NCBI GenBank assembly: GCA_934271735.1
Contig: CAKQSB010000005.1
Location: 86,614 to 150,613, forward strand
Direction: 5' to 3'
Source of the DNA: an uncultured Clostridia bacterium
GTDB taxonomy: Bacteria > Bacillota > Clostridia > Christensenellales > Borkfalkiaceae
DNA: 64,000 nucleotides
How positions within the stretch are numbered: the stretch's first letter is position 1; every line of letters starts with the position of its first letter. Shown here one piece after another: positions 1 to 11,605 of the stretch. The notes under the pieces are model-generated. The model was not told where the DNA came from. It did no database searches and saw nothing but the letters and a program-made list of their open reading frames with translations. The translations under genes and the position numbers were made by a program.

Positions 1-97
1 TCACGAAATACGCCGTAGTCGCCGATTTATGCAAAAGTATTCCCAAAGGATATCTCATACGTTTCGAAAACGTGTTTTAACGGTAATATAGTAATAT

Positions 98-150
98 TTA
101 AAACGCCGCCCGTCCCTGAAATGTAAGGACGAACGGCGTTATTTTTAATT
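98..150. terminator. Hairpin (cgccgcccgtcc / ggacgaacggcg) with A/T runs on both sides. Likely bidirectional rho-independent terminator downstream of copA.
   Basis: Inverted repeat at 102-140 flanked by tttaaa and atttttaatttt, read directly from the sequence. Confidence 0.5.
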
Positions 151-341
151 TTCCGTCGGTTTCGGAAACAACTTGTTATTGATTTTCGTCACGCCTTTCG
201 CGGCAAAATATATTGCAACCGTTCCGAGCGCGGAATTTCTGACCAAGCCGTTTTTACAACAAATCTTCGCATACACCCAAAAATCACAAAAATCGCCGAC
301 AAGCGGTAAACTGTCGGCGAAATTTGTATTTTAGTTTTGTA

Positions 342-2897
342 TTATTTTTCGATTGATTTGAAGTCGTACCCCGCAGCCTCGATAGCGGCTTTGATTTCGG
401 CTTCGTTTATATCTCCGCCGTATACAACCGCGCGCTTGTTTTCAAGCTCTACTTCCGCGTCAAGACCGAGGTTTTTAAGAATACCCTCAACAGTCTTTTT
501 GCAATGCTGACACATCATTCCGTCGATATGAATCGTCGCTTTTACTTCTTTCATTTTCTTTACTCCTTCTTTTTCGGATATTTTTGCCGCCGCTTCCGCT
601 TTTATTTCGCTTTCGGAGCGAACGGTCGGCATTTTTTCGGGATAATTCTTCCTGTCATCCGCCGTTTTTTTGAATTTTACGAGGCGCAGTCTCAAAGCGT
701 TGCCGACAACGCATACGCTTGAGAGGCTCATCGCGAGAGACGCAAACATCGGATTTAACGTTACGCCCACGGAAGTGAATGCTCCGCACGCGATCGGGAT
801 AAGTACGGCGTTATAGAAGAACGCCCAGAAAAGGTTTTCTTTTATGTTAAGCATAACTTTCGAACCAAGTTTCAAGCACTTCACGACATCGGTTAAATCA
901 TTCTTTATCAGAACGACGTCCGCACTGTCGATCGCGATATCAGTACCCGCGCCTATCGCCGCCCCGACGTCCGCTTTCGTAAGAGCGGGCGCGTCGTTCA
1001 CGCCGTCGCCGACCATCATAACTTTTTTCCCCTCGCTCTGAAGCTTGGAAACGACCTCGTATTTAGTATTCGGCAAAACCTCGGCTTTATACTCTATCCC
1101 GAGTTCGTCCGCAACCGATTGCGCCGCCGATTCGTTATCGCCCGTGAGCATAACAACCTGTTTCCCCATAGCTTTAAGCTCGCTTACCGCTTCTCTGCTC
1201 GAAGGCTTGATTTGGTCTTTAATCGACATATAGCCCGCTATTTGCGAGTTAATCGAAAGATAAAGTACCGTTGCTCCGACCTCTTTTTCGGAACGTTTCA
1301 CGATTTCGCTTTGTTCGTTCGCATTTCTTTCTCCTCTTACGAAACGAAGGTTTCCGAGAAGCAATTTCATGCCGCCGATTTCACCTTTTATGCCGAGACC
1401 TTTAACCGCCTCGAAATTCTCGACGGGTTTAAATTCTATTCCTTCCTTTTCGGCAAGCTCGATAACGGGTTTACCGAGAACGTGCGAACTCATCTTTTCA
1501 AGCGAAGCGCACATCGAAAGGAAATAATTTCTGTCGGTGCCGTCCGCCGTTTCAATGCCGCTTATTTCAGGTCTTCCGTAAGTTATCGTGCCTGTTTTAT
1601 CGAGTACGACCGCATTTATAGATTCGGTTTTCTGCAAAGCCTCGCCGCTTTTGATAAGTATACCGTACTCCGCGGCTTTGCCCGTACCCGCCATAAGCGC
1701 GGCGGGAGTTGCAAGCCCGAGCGCGCAGGGGCAGGAAACGACAAGCACGCTGACGGCGTTGTTCAAAGCTTTATCCGCGCCCGACCCGATTAAAAACCAC
1801 ACGATAAAGGTTACTATCGCAATGCCTATTACCGACGGGACGAAAATCCCCGCGACTTTATCGGCAAGTTTCGCGATAGGCACTTTCGTGGAGTTTGCGT
1901 CCTCGACGAGTTTTACTATTTTATATAACGTGGTATCTTCGCCGACCGAGACTGCTTCGGCAGTAGCGTAACCGCCCGAAAAAACCGTACCCGTTACGAG
2001 TTTTTCGCCTATGTCTTTGTAAACGGGAACGCTTTCGCCCGTTATCGCGGACTGATCCGCCCAACCGCCGCCGCTTAAGATAACGCAGTCGCACGGGATA
2101 TGCGAGCCGTCCTTTAAAACGACGATATCGCCCCTTTCAAGCTCGGCGATTTTGATTTCCTTTTCCTCGCCGCCGACCAAAACGACAGCCGTGTCGGGGG
2201 CAAGCCCGAGAAGCTTTTCGACCGAACCCATCGTTTTGTTTTTGGATTTCTCTTCGAGGTATTTGCCTACCGTTATAAGCGTTAAAATGGTAGCCGCGCC
2301 CTCGAAATAAAGATTATCCATATATCTCATCATAAGTTCGTGGTTTTCGGTAAAATGCCCGATCGCTATCATAATTATCGTATAAATACCGTATAAAAAC
2401 GATGCTGTTGCGCCAAGAGCCACGAGCGAATCCATATTGGGATGCAGTCCGAAAAGCTTTTTGAACCCGACTCTGAAATAGTCGAAATTGACTATTATAA
2501 CGGCGAGCGTCAATATCGCCTGCGCTATAGAGGCGTAAAGCTGATATTTCATTTCCATTGCGTTGAATATCGGCGGAACGGGAATACCTATCATCGGTCC
2601 CATCGATATATACATAAGGAAAATCATAAGCGGAACGGAAATTATAAGCCGCTTTTTCAAAGCGTGTTCTCTTTCTCTTCCGCGTTTAAGCGAAACGCCC
2701 TCTTTAATCTTATAACCCTCGTTCACCACGGCGGACATAATTTTTGCGGAAACGTCCTCGCTCATTTCAACCGAAAGCGCGCCCGTGATAAGGTTTACCG
2801 TGCAATCGGTCACACCCTCCACCGCTTTAACGCATCTTTCGACTCTTGCCGAACAGGCGGAACAAGTCATTCCGCCTACGGAAAACTGTTTTTTCAT
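342..2897 (-). CDS. copA: Copper-translocating P-type ATPase with N- and C-terminal HMA domains.
   Basis: 851 aa. GMTCSACSARVE and MMCQHCKKTVEG metal-binding motifs, CPC (SCPCALG), DKTGT and GDGVNDAP P-type ATPase motifs. Confidence 0.9.
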   Translation of the reverse strand: MKKQFSVGGMTCSACSARVERCVKAVEGVTDCTVNLITGALSVEMSEDVSAKIMSAVVNEGYKIKEGVSLKRGREREHALKKRLIISVPLMIFLMYISMGPMIGIPVPPIFNAMEMKYQLYASIAQAILTLAVIIVNFDYFRVGFKKLFGLHPNMDSLVALGATASFLYGIYTIIMIAIGHFTENHELMMRYMDNLYFEGAATILTLITVGKYLEEKSKNKTMGSVEKLLGLAPDTAVVLVGGEEKEIKIAELERGDIVVLKDGSHIPCDCVILSGGGWADQSAITGESVPVYKDIGEKLVTGTVFSGGYATAEAVSVGEDTTLYKIVKLVEDANSTKVPIAKLADKVAGIFVPSVIGIAIVTFIVWFLIGSGADKALNNAVSVLVVSCPCALGLATPAALMAGTGKAAEYGILIKSGEALQKTESINAVVLDKTGTITYGRPEISGIETADGTDRNYFLSMCASLEKMSSHVLGKPVIELAEKEGIEFKPVENFEAVKGLGIKGEIGGMKLLLGNLRFVRGERNANEQSEIVKRSEKEVGATVLYLSINSQIAGYMSIKDQIKPSSREAVSELKAMGKQVVMLTGDNESAAQSVADELGIEYKAEVLPNTKYEVVSKLQSEGKKVMMVGDGVNDAPALTKADVGAAIGAGTDIAIDSADVVLIKNDLTDVVKCLKLGSKVMLNIKENLFWAFFYNAVLIPIACGAFTSVGVTLNPMFASLAMSLSSVCVVGNALRLRLVKFKKTADDRKNYPEKMPTVRSESEIKAEAAAKISEKEGVKKMKEVKATIHIDGMMCQHCKKTVEGILKNLGLDAEVELENKRAVVYGGDINEAEIKAAIEAAGYDFKSIEK

Positions 2898-2950
2898 CCT
2901 TAAACTCCTTTTCAGCCCCGAAAATTACGACATTAAACTCGAAAAGTTAG

Positions 2951-2969
2951 TCTATAAGTCGATTATCGG
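2951..2969 (+). repeat. Copy of the dispersed motif CTATAAGTCGATTAT (intergenic, copA/GDPD spacer).
   Basis: tctataagtcgattatcgg. Confidence 0.7.
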
Positions 2970-3001
2970 TATATTTTTGTTTATTTTTCAAAGCCGCTTT
3001 A

Positions 3002-3781
3002 TCACGGTCTTATTATCTCGAAAATATAATTGTCGGCGAATTTTTCCGCTTTTTTTCTATCCTCGTCGTTACGGATAGTCCAGGTTATAACCCGTCTGTT
3101 TTTGCTCATTCTTTTCGAAACGGGGATATACTCCACGTTCATATTCATAAAATCGGGTCTTACGGTAAAATTAAAAAACGCCATACCGAGAAGCTTGTCC
3201 GCAAAAAAAGACAACTGTTTGTGTCTGCCTTTGTCGATAAGCTGACCTCTTATGAAATCGGGGCGTTTTTTGCGAAACTCGCGCATAATGAACGGGTCGA
3301 AGGACTGAACTACGAAATCGCCCTTATAACCGTCGAGCCTTTTTATAACCTCGTCTACGATAACGCCTTTCGTCCTCTGCGATTTAAGCTCGATAACAAC
3401 GGGCGTTCTGCCGTTCACGAATTTTAAAAAGTCGTCGAAAAGGGGGATTTTCTCCGTCGTTCCCGCAAGCGAAAGACTTTCGACCTCTTCGAGCGTTTTG
3501 TCCCATATCAGCGAATCCGCGCCCGTCATACGCTTTAAATTATCGTCGTGAAAACAAACGAGGGCGTTATCTAAGGTGAGCTGAATATCCATTTCTATCG
3601 GATAGCCGTTTTCTATCGCCGCTTCGTACGCTTTAAAACTGTTCTCGGGGATTCCGTTTTCTATGTCGTGCAAACCTCTGTGAGCAACGGGGGTTTTCAA
3701 AAGCCAGTGATTTTCGTCAATTCTTTGCGTCATTTTCCTTCTCTCCGCCGAGATTATAAACCCGATCCCGAAGTTTGTCAA
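3002..3781 (-). CDS. Glycerophosphodiester phosphodiesterase (GDPD family).
   Basis: 259 aa. VAHRGLHD...PENS...E.D N-terminal GDPD catalytic signature. Confidence 0.8.
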   Translation of the reverse strand: MTNFGIGFIISAERRKMTQRIDENHWLLKTPVAHRGLHDIENGIPENSFKAYEAAIENGYPIEMDIQLTLDNALVCFHDDNLKRMTGADSLIWDKTLEEVESLSLAGTTEKIPLFDDFLKFVNGRTPVVIELKSQRTKGVIVDEVIKRLDGYKGDFVVQSFDPFIMREFRKKRPDFIRGQLIDKGRHKQLSFFADKLLGMAFFNFTVRPDFMNMNVEYIPVSKRMSKNRRVITWTIRNDEDRKKAEKFADNYIFEIIRP

Positions 3782-3943
3782 ATCTTTTCGGGGTCGGGCT
3801 TAAAAAACTTGATTTTTTCTCCCGCTTTGTATATAATATATTCTGAGTATTTTTATAACAAAAATTAACCGCCATAGCGAAAAAACGGCGGCAAACAAAT
3901 ATTGAACTCAACCGAACTTACTTTTTTAAAGCGAGGACGATAA

Positions 3944-5764
3944 ATGGCGATAACAACCAAGAACAATATCAGAAACTTTTGCATAATAGCCCATATAGAC
4001 CACGGCAAATCTACGCTGGCGGACAGAATTATGGAGCTTACCGGTCAGGTTGCCGAGAGAGATATGGAAGATCAGCTCCTCGACTCTATGGACCTCGAAA
4101 GAGAAAGGGGCATAACCATAAAGCTCACGCCCGTCAGAATGGCGTATAAAGCCAAGGACGGACAGGATTATATTTTCAATCTTATCGACACCCCGGGACA
4201 CGTCGACTTCACATATGAAGTTTCCCGTTCTCTCGCCGCGTGCGAGGGGGCGATACTTATTGTCGACGCAACGCAGGGAATCGAGGCTCAGACCCTCGCC
4301 AACTGCTATCTTGCGCTTGATAACAATCTCGAAATCGTACCCGTAATCAATAAAATCGACCTTGCCTCCGCCGATCCGGACGAGACTGCGAAAGAAATCG
4401 AAGACGTAATCGGGCTGGACGGCTCTAACGCTCCGAGAATTTCCGCCAAAAACGGAATCAATATCGACCAGGTTCTGGAACAGATAGTAACCCTTATTCC
4501 GCCGCCGAAAGGCGACGACGACGCGCCTCTCAAAGCCCTTATTTTCGACAGTTATTACGATAATTTCAAAGGCGTTATCTGCTTTGTGAGAATTATGGAC
4601 GGTACCGTCGGCCAAGGTACGAGAATAAAGACATTTGCGGGGAGCAAGCAGTTCGACGTTACGGAAGTCGGCACGTTCAACCCCGGGCTTAAGCCGAAGA
4701 AGACGCTTTCCGCGGGCGAAGTCGGTTATATCGCCGCGAGTATCAAAAGCATAGAGGATATCGCCGTGGGCGATACGATTACGGACGCCGACAATCCCGC
4801 GCCCGTTCCCCTTCACGGCTACAAAAAAGTTCAACCCGTCGTGTTCTCGGGTATTTACCCGCTCGACGGCTCAAAATTCAACGACTTAAAAGAGGCTCTT
4901 TTAAAACTCAAATTGAACGACGCCTCTCTCACTTTCGAACCCGATAATTCCGACGCCTTAGGCTTCGGTTTCAGATGCGGATTTTTAGGACTTCTGCATA
5001 TGGAAATAATTCAGGAAAGAATCGAAAGGGAGTTCGATATCGATATAATCACGACCGCTCCGTCCGTTTCCTACCATATTTACAAGACGGACGGCGAAAT
5101 GCTTATCGTCGATAACCCGAGCAAGTTCCCCGACGTTTCGTATATCGATTACGCCGAAGAACCGATAATAACCGCGAATATTTTCACTCCGCCCGAGTAC
5201 GTGGGCGCGATTATGGAGCTTTGCCAGGACAAGCGCGGCGTTTTCACCGATATGACTTATCTCGACGCAAAGCGAGTAAGACTTAACTACACTCTCCCCT
5301 TAAACGAAATTATTTTCGACTTTTTCGACGGCTTAAAGAGCCGCACGAGGGGCTACGCTTCTTTCGACTACGAACTTTCGGGATATCAGAAAAGCGAACT
5401 CGTAAAACTCGATATGCTTTTAAACGGCGAAGTTTGCGACGCGCTTTCGATTATCGTTCACAAGGACAAGGCTTACGCCCGCGGGCGCGCGCTTGCGGAA
5501 AGACTTAAGGACGTTATTCCCCGCCAGCTTTTCGAGATACCCATTCAGGCGGCTATCGGCGGAAAAATCATCGCGAGAGAAACCGTCAAAGCTCTCAGAA
5601 AGGACGTTCTCGCCAAGTGCTACGGCGGCGACATAACGAGAAAGAAAAAGCTTCTCGAAAAACAGAAAGAGGGCAAAAAGAAAATGCGCCAGCTCGGCAG
5701 CGTGGAAGTTCCGAGCGAAGCGTTTATGTCGATTCTTAAAATCGACAGCAGCGATAACAAATAA
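3944..5764 (+). CDS. lepA: Elongation factor 4 (LepA).
   Basis: 606 aa. [10 protein letters not shown]1 motif, DTPGH, NKID, and the typical LepA C-terminal domain. Confidence 0.95.
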   Translation: MAITTKNNIRNFCIIAHIDHGKSTLADRIMELTGQVAERDMEDQLLDSMDLERERGITIKLTPVRMAYKAKDGQDYIFNLIDTPGHVDFTYEVSRSLAACEGAILIVDATQGIEAQTLANCYLALDNNLEIVPVINKIDLASADPDETAKEIEDVIGLDGSNAPRISAKNGINIDQVLEQIVTLIPPPKGDDDAPLKALIFDSYYDNFKGVICFVRIMDGTVGQGTRIKTFAGSKQFDVTEVGTFNPGLKPKKTLSAGEVGYIAASIKSIEDIAVGDTITDADNPAPVPLHGYKKVQPVVFSGIYPLDGSKFNDLKEALLKLKLNDASLTFEPDNSDALGFGFRCGFLGLLHMEIIQERIEREFDIDIITTAPSVSYHIYKTDGEMLIVDNPSKFPDVSYIDYAEEPIITANIFTPPEYVGAIMELCQDKRGVFTDMTYLDAKRVRLNYTLPLNEIIFDFFDGLKSRTRGYASFDYELSGYQKSELVKLDMLLNGEVCDALSIIVHKDKAYARGRALAERLKDVIPRQLFEIPIQAAIGGKIIARETVKALRKDVLAKCYGGDITRKKKLLEKQKEGKKKMRQLGSVEVPSEAFMSILKIDSSDNK

Positions 5765-5765
5765 G

Positions 5766-5786
5766 CCGTTAATCGACTTATAGACG
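5766..5786 (-). repeat. Dispersed motif copy in reverse orientation, 2 bp after the lepA stop.
   Basis: ccgttaatcgacttatagacg. Confidence 0.7.
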
Positions 5787-5836
5787 AGTTTTTAAAGGTT
5801 GCAGACAAACTTTAAACAACCGCAAAGAGGATAAAA

Positions 5837-6946
5837 ATGCCCGGGATTTACGTTCACGTTCCCTTTTGCAAGAGCAAATGCGCGTATTGCGATTTCGCTT
5901 CTTACCCAAGAGAACTTTCAAAATGCGATTTATATTTCGCCTGTCTTTACAAAGAGATAAAGGGCAGGAGCGAACAGCTCAAAGACTACGTTTTCGACAC
6001 CGTTTATTTCGGTGGCGGAACGCCTTCGTTTGTCGACCCGAAATATATCGAAGGGGCGATGCGACAGATTCGCAACTACTACAAAATCGCGGACGGGGCG
6101 GAAATCACGATAGAAATGAACCCGGGAACCGTCACCGAGGAAAAAGTGCGCCGCTACGAAAAAATCGGTTTCAACCGTTTCAGCGTGGGGCTTCAGACCG
6201 CCAACGACGACCTTTTGCGGGATATAGGAAGAATACATACAAAGCAGGATTTTATCGACGCGGCTAAGCTTTTAGAGGGCAAAAATTTCAGCGCAGACAT
6301 AATGATCGGGCTTGAAAATCAGACGAAAGACGACATAAAACAGGCTATCGACCTTGCCGCAAGCTCGGGCGCGAAACATATCTCCTCTTACGCTTTGAAA
6401 GCCGAAGAGGGAACGCCGATGTACGGCAGATATTTAAACGGAGATTTACCGAGCGAGGATGATGTCGCCGATCAGTACGATTTTGCGGTACGATATCTCG
6501 CCGAAAAGGGCTATAAAAGATACGAAGTCTCGAACTTCTGCCTTGACGGCTATCGTTCGCGCCATAACCTCAACTACTGGAAGCGGGGCGAATACATAGG
6601 TTTCGGCGTTTCGGCTTCCTCGTTCATCGGCGAAAGACGGTTCACGAACACCGAAAAAATCGACGAATACGTTGCCTGCATAATGCGAAATAAAGTCGCG
6701 GAGATTTTCAGCGAAAACATCGAGGGCGACGAGCGGGAATTCGAATACATTATGCTCGCGCTTCGTACCTCCGACGGAATTTCGTTCGACGACTACACTT
6801 CCCGTTTCGGCAACGTTTTCACGGAAAAGTACGCAAAAAAGATATCGGACGTAAAAAAATATCTCGACGAGGACGAAAAAGGATTAAAAATCAAACCGGA
6901 ATATCTGTTCGTTCAGAACGAAATCATAATTCGTTTTATGGACTGA
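5837..6946 (+). CDS. hemW: Radical SAM family heme chaperone HemW (coproporphyrinogen-III oxidase-like).
   Basis: 369 aa. CKSKCAYCDF CxxxCxxC motif. Conserved position immediately downstream of lepA. Confidence 0.85.
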   Translation: MPGIYVHVPFCKSKCAYCDFASYPRELSKCDLYFACLYKEIKGRSEQLKDYVFDTVYFGGGTPSFVDPKYIEGAMRQIRNYYKIADGAEITIEMNPGTVTEEKVRRYEKIGFNRFSVGLQTANDDLLRDIGRIHTKQDFIDAAKLLEGKNFSADIMIGLENQTKDDIKQAIDLAASSGAKHISSYALKAEEGTPMYGRYLNGDLPSEDDVADQYDFAVRYLAEKGYKRYEVSNFCLDGYRSRHNLNYWKRGEYIGFGVSASSFIGERRFTNTEKIDEYVACIMRNKVAEIFSENIEGDEREFEYIMLALRTSDGISFDDYTSRFGNVFTEKYAKKISDVKKYLDEDEKGLKIKPEYLFVQNEIIIRFMD

Positions 6947-7006
6947 AAATTTTTTTCTAGACGCATCAAAAAAAGCACAATTACACCCGAAGATTAAAAG
7001 GATAAA

Positions 7007-10000
7007 ATGGGAAACTTCGTACACTTACACGTTCATACGGAATACAGCATACTCGACGGCGCGACGAAAATAGCCGTCGCGGCGAAAAAGGCTAAAGCCC
7101 TCGGTATGCCCGCGCTCGCGATAACCGACCACGGAAATATGTACGGCGCGGTAAACTTTTTCGACGCCTGCGAAAAGGAAGGCATAAAGGCTATTATCGG
7201 AACGGAATTTTACGTTTGCGACGACCTTACCTATAAAAACGGCAAATCCAAACTCAACCACCTCGTTCTGCTCTGCAAAAACGAAGAGGGTTACAAAAAC
7301 ATATCGCTTTTGAATGCGATCGCTTTCCGCGACGGGTTTTATTATAAGCCGAGAATAGACTTAAAAACGCTCGAAGCTCACCACGATGGACTTATCTGTC
7401 TTTCGGCGTGCCTTGCGGGCGATATTCCGCAAGCGATTTTAAACAGAGATTTCGAGGAAGCCGAAAGGCTCGTCGTATGGTTCAAAAACCTTTTCGGGGA
7501 AGATTTTTACCTCGAAATGCAGAACCACCTTCTCGAAGAACAGCTCGAAGTAAACAAATACCTGCGTATTTACGCTAAAAAATATAATATCAAGCTCGTA
7601 GTCACCAACGATGTGCATTATCTCGAACGCTCCGACGCCGAATCGCAAGACGTTTTAATGTGCGTTCAGATGGGCGCGGACTACGACGACCCGAAAAGAC
7701 TTCGCTTCCCCAACGACGAATTTTACCTTAAAAGTTACGACGAAATGGCAAGCCTTTTCCCGAACGATTCGGACGCTCTGGAAACCACTCTCGAGATTGC
7801 CGACAAATGCAAATTCGGGTTTGTTTACGGGCATTATATGTTCCCGCATTACTACCCCGACACGGGCGAAGACCCGAAAACCTATATCCGCAACCTCATC
7901 GACAACGGAATCAAGAAAAAATACGGCAAGGAAACGCCCGAAATCCGCGAAAGAATAGAAAGCGAACTCGCCGTTATCGAAAAGCAGGGCTTTATCGAGT
8001 ACTTCCTTATCGTATGGGACTACATAAACGCGGCGAGAAATATGGGTATTTCGGTAGGACCGGGCAGAGGCTCGGGCGCAGGCTCGATAGTAGCTTACCT
8101 CATCGGCATAACCAACATCGATCCGCTTAAATATGACCTTTATTTCGAGCGTTTCTTAAACCCCGAACGTGTTTCCGCGCCGGATTTCGACGTAGACTTC
8201 GAAGATAGCCGCCGCCAGGAGGTTATCGAATACGTCCGCAGAAAGTACGGCGAAAACAGAGTTTGTAAAATAGTAACTTTCGGAACAATGGCGGCTAAAA
8301 ACGCTATAAAAGACGTTGCGAGAGTACTTAAAGTTTCGTATTCCGAAGCCGACAGAGTTACAAAGGCGATGCCGAACAAGCTCGTCCGCAAAAACGCCAA
8401 CGGCGACGAATTCGACTTGAAACGCCCCAACATTATTTTAAAAGTCTTCGGGAAATACCACCCGAAAGAGGGCGCGAAAGACTACGGAGTCGATTTCTCC
8501 GTTCCCGAGCTCGTCAATATGTACAACGAGTCGCCCGAGATAAAAAGGGTCGTGGATATCGCCGCCAAACTCGAGGACTCCCCGAGACAGGCAAGTACTC
8601 ACGCCTGCGGCGTTATAATCGGCGCGGACATTCTCGATCAGCATATGCCGCTCGGCAGGAACGGCGAAGATATCACCAGCCAATATACCGGTGTAGAACT
8701 CGAACACCTCGGATTCCTTAAAATGGACTTTCTGGGTCTTCGAAACCTTTCCGATATTAAAATGGCGATCGATTATATAAAGCAGAACCACGGCGTGGAA
8801 ATCGATTTCGATAAATCGACTTACGACGACCCCAAGGTTTTCGAACTTCTTTCGACGGGTAACACCAAAGCCATATTCCAGATAGAATCCGCAGGCTTCC
8901 AGAAGTTCATGAAAGAACTCCGCCCCACCTCTATCGAAGATATAGTCGCGGCGGTGTCGCTTTACCGCCCCGGACCTATGGATTCCATTCCGAAGTTCGT
9001 AAAATGTAAGCACAACCCCGAACTCGTAACGTTCGCCCACCCCCTTCTCGAACCCATTTTAAAGCAGACGTACGGCTGTATCGTGTACCAGGAGCAGGTT
9101 ATGAAAATCGTTCAGGCACTCGCGGGTTACACGCTCGGACAAGCAGATATGGTCCGCCGAATGATGGGTAAAAAGAAAGTGGACGATATGATTAAGGAAG
9201 AAGTCATATTCATTCACGGCAAAGGCGAATCGGTCGATAAGCACGGAAAAGTTTCCACGGCGATCGACGGCTGCTTAAAGCGCGGAGTTCCCGAGGACGT
9301 GGCGCACGCCATATGGAACGAAATGAAGGACTTCGCGAAATACGCTTTCAACAAATCGCACGCGGCGGCATACTCGCTCGTAACTTATCAGACGGCGTTC
9401 CTTAAATGCTACTACGAAGCCGAGTTCCTGACGGCGGTTTTAAACAACCGTATCACGAACATCGACGAAATCAAAAACTATATTTCGTACGCGAAAGAGG
9501 AAGGCATAAAAGTTCTTCCGCCCGATATAAACGAAAGCGTAGGCTATTTCAGCGTTAAAAACAACTCCATCCGTTACGGCTTAGCCGCAATAAAAGGCAT
9601 AGGAATCGCGGCGATAGAATCTATCACGGCGGAACGCGAAAAGAACGGCAGATACCTTTCTTTCGAGAATTTCGTTTCGAGATGCGAAAGCAAGGTTTTA
9701 AACAAGAGACTTGTGGAAAACCTTATTTACGCGGGAGCATTCGACAGTTTCGGCAAAAATCGCGCTCAGCTCATCGCCATTTACGACGAGCTTATCGACA
9801 GGGTTATGATCATCGCCAAGCAGCGCGAAAGCGATCAGTTGAGCCTTTTCGGAGATCTTCTCACCGAGGACGACAGCTTCACGGTGACTTATCCCGATAT
9901 CCCCGAATACGACAACAAGACAAAACTTTCGCTCGAAAAGAACGTCACCGGCGTTTACGTTTCGGGGCATCCGCTCGACGGTTTCAAATCTATGTTTGCG

Positions 10001-10582
10001 GACTGCACGTTCACGACCGAAATGCTCGCGAACGTCGAGGAGGACGAGGACGGAAACAAAATTTACACCGACGTTAAAAACGATATGCCTGTTTACATAG
10101 GCGGAATTATCACCGCGTCGGACAAAATAACCACCAAATCGGGTTCGAATATGGCTTTCGTCACAATCGAAGATTCCTACGGGGCGATCGAATGTGTGTT
10201 CTTCCCCAAGACGTACGCGAAATTCAAGGACGATCTGAACGTAGAACAAGTTGTTAAGCTCCGCGGAAAATTGCAGATAAAGGACGAACGCGTAAGCATT
10301 CTCGCCGATTCCGTAGTTAAGATAAACGAAAACGAGCCGCAGGAAAACACGCCCGTCAAAAAGAAAAAAGATTATCTCGGCATTATCCTTCGCGACGACA
10401 CGAAAACCTTCAAAAACGAACTTATAGACATACTTTCCACCTATCCCGGCGACATAACCGTATGTTTTAAGATAGACGGGAAAAACTATATAATGACGCA
10501 GACCGTAAGGAACTGCAAAGGTCTTATAAACGAACTGCTCTCCATTGTGGACGAACAGGATATAAAATTCTTCTCAAACTGA
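7007..10582 (+). CDS. dnaE: DNA polymerase III alpha subunit (DnaE type).
   Basis: 1191 aa. N-terminal PHP domain (HLHVHTEYSILDG) and PolIII alpha core. Followed by pfkA as in many Clostridia. Confidence 0.95.
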   Translation: MGNFVHLHVHTEYSILDGATKIAVAAKKAKALGMPALAITDHGNMYGAVNFFDACEKEGIKAIIGTEFYVCDDLTYKNGKSKLNHLVLLCKNEEGYKNISLLNAIAFRDGFYYKPRIDLKTLEAHHDGLICLSACLAGDIPQAILNRDFEEAERLVVWFKNLFGEDFYLEMQNHLLEEQLEVNKYLRIYAKKYNIKLVVTNDVHYLERSDAESQDVLMCVQMGADYDDPKRLRFPNDEFYLKSYDEMASLFPNDSDALETTLEIADKCKFGFVYGHYMFPHYYPDTGEDPKTYIRNLIDNGIKKKYGKETPEIRERIESELAVIEKQGFIEYFLIVWDYINAARNMGISVGPGRGSGAGSIVAYLIGITNIDPLKYDLYFERFLNPERVSAPDFDVDFEDSRRQEVIEYVRRKYGENRVCKIVTFGTMAAKNAIKDVARVLKVSYSEADRVTKAMPNKLVRKNANGDEFDLKRPNIILKVFGKYHPKEGAKDYGVDFSVPELVNMYNESPEIKRVVDIAAKLEDSPRQASTHACGVIIGADILDQHMPLGRNGEDITSQYTGVELEHLGFLKMDFLGLRNLSDIKMAIDYIKQNHGVEIDFDKSTYDDPKVFELLSTGNTKAIFQIESAGFQKFMKELRPTSIEDIVAAVSLYRPGPMDSIPKFVKCKHNPELVTFAHPLLEPILKQTYGCIVYQEQVMKIVQALAGYTLGQADMVRRMMGKKKVDDMIKEEVIFIHGKGESVDKHGKVSTAIDGCLKRGVPEDVAHAIWNEMKDFAKYAFNKSHAAAYSLVTYQTAFLKCYYEAEFLTAVLNNRITNIDEIKNYISYAKEEGIKVLPPDINESVGYFSVKNNSIRYGLAAIKGIGIAAIESITAEREKNGRYLSFENFVSRCESKVLNKRLVENLIYAGAFDSFGKNRAQLIAIYDELIDRVMIIAKQRESDQLSLFGDLLTEDDSFTVTYPDIPEYDNKTKLSLEKNVTGVYVSGHPLDGFKSMFADCTFTTEMLANVEEDEDGNKIYTDVKNDMPVYIGGIITASDKITTKSGSNMAFVTIEDSYGAIECVFFPKTYAKFKDDLNVEQVVKLRGKLQIKDERVSILADSVVKINENEPQENTPVKKKKDYLGIILRDDTKTFKNELIDILSTYPGDITVCFKIDGKNYIMTQTVRNCKGLINELLSIVDEQDIKFFSN

Positions 10583-10618
10583 TAAAAAATTTACATTTAT
10601 ACCCAAGGAGGTAAACAT

Positions 10619-11578
10619 ATGAAAAAAATAGCAATACTCACAAGCGGCGGAGACGCCCCGGGAATGAACGCCTGCATAAGGGCGTGCGTAAGAAGCGCGG
10701 TCAACAGCGGACTTGAAGTTTACGGCGTTGAAAGAGGTTACTTCGGACTTGTAAACAACTGCATCTTCCCGATGACTACCCACTCCGTGTGCGATATCGT
10801 CCAGAGAGGCGGCACAATTTTAAAAACCGCAAGATGTCTCGACTTCAAACTTCCCGAAACGAGAAAGAAAGCCGCGGACAACCTTAAAGCTCTCGGTATC
10901 GAAGGTCTTGTCGTAATCGGCGGCGACGGTTCGTTCACCGGCGCAAGACTTTTGTCCGACGAAAACGGAATCAACGTCGTGGGTATTCCCGGCACAATCG
11001 ATAACGACCTTGCTTATACCGACTACACTCTCGGTTTCGACACCGCGGTAAACACCGTTCTCTGGGCAATCAACAACCTCAGAGACACCATGACCTCTCA
11101 CGACAGAGTTTCGCTCGTCAAAGTTATGGGCAGACGTTGCGGAGATATCGCGCTTTACTCGGGTATCTGCGGCGGCGCGGAATATATCCTCGTTCCCGAA
11201 ATTCCTTACGATATTCAGGCTATCGCCGAAGATATCAAAAAGAGTAAGGAAAGAGGCAAAACTTCCAACATCATCGTTTTGGCGGAAGGCGCGGGCAACG
11301 AACAGGAAATCAAAACCATCGTTTCGGTTATCAGCGGCGCGGACGTTAAAGTTACTACTCTCGGTCACATTCAGAGAGGCGGCACGCCCACTATGGCGGA
11401 CAGAATGCTCGCCGCGAGATTCGGCACGAGAGCCACCGAACTTTTAATCGAGGGCAAGACCAACAGAGTTATCGGTATCAAACACAATAAAATAGTCGAT
11501 CTCGATATAACGGAAGCACTTTCCGAAACAAAGAAAATCGACAAAAAGCTTTACGATATGGCGGCTAAACTCTGCTAA
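10619..11578 (+). CDS. pfkA: ATP-dependent 6-phosphofructokinase.
   Basis: 319 aa. TSGGDAPGMNA, GGDGS and IPGTIDND motifs. Strong RBS (aaggaggtaaacat ATG). Confidence 0.9.
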   Translation: MKKIAILTSGGDAPGMNACIRACVRSAVNSGLEVYGVERGYFGLVNNCIFPMTTHSVCDIVQRGGTILKTARCLDFKLPETRKKAADNLKALGIEGLVVIGGDGSFTGARLLSDENGINVVGIPGTIDNDLAYTDYTLGFDTAVNTVLWAINNLRDTMTSHDRVSLVKVMGRRCGDIALYSGICGGAEYILVPEIPYDIQAIAEDIKKSKERGKTSNIIVLAEGAGNEQEIKTIVSVISGADVKVTTLGHIQRGGTPTMADRMLAARFGTRATELLIEGKTNRVIGIKHNKIVDLDITEALSETKKIDKKLYDMAAKLC

Positions 11579-11605
11579 AATGTCGCTAAAAACACGAAAA
11601 AACTT

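Noticed and set aside
3926-4834. Long opposite-strand ORFs overlapping established genes (for example 3926..4834-, 11444..12511-, 28291..29604-, 8438..9040-, 20293..21153+, 53874..55058+, 54517..55467+).
   Set aside because: They are shadow ORFs antisense to well-supported conserved genes, with no motifs and biased composition.
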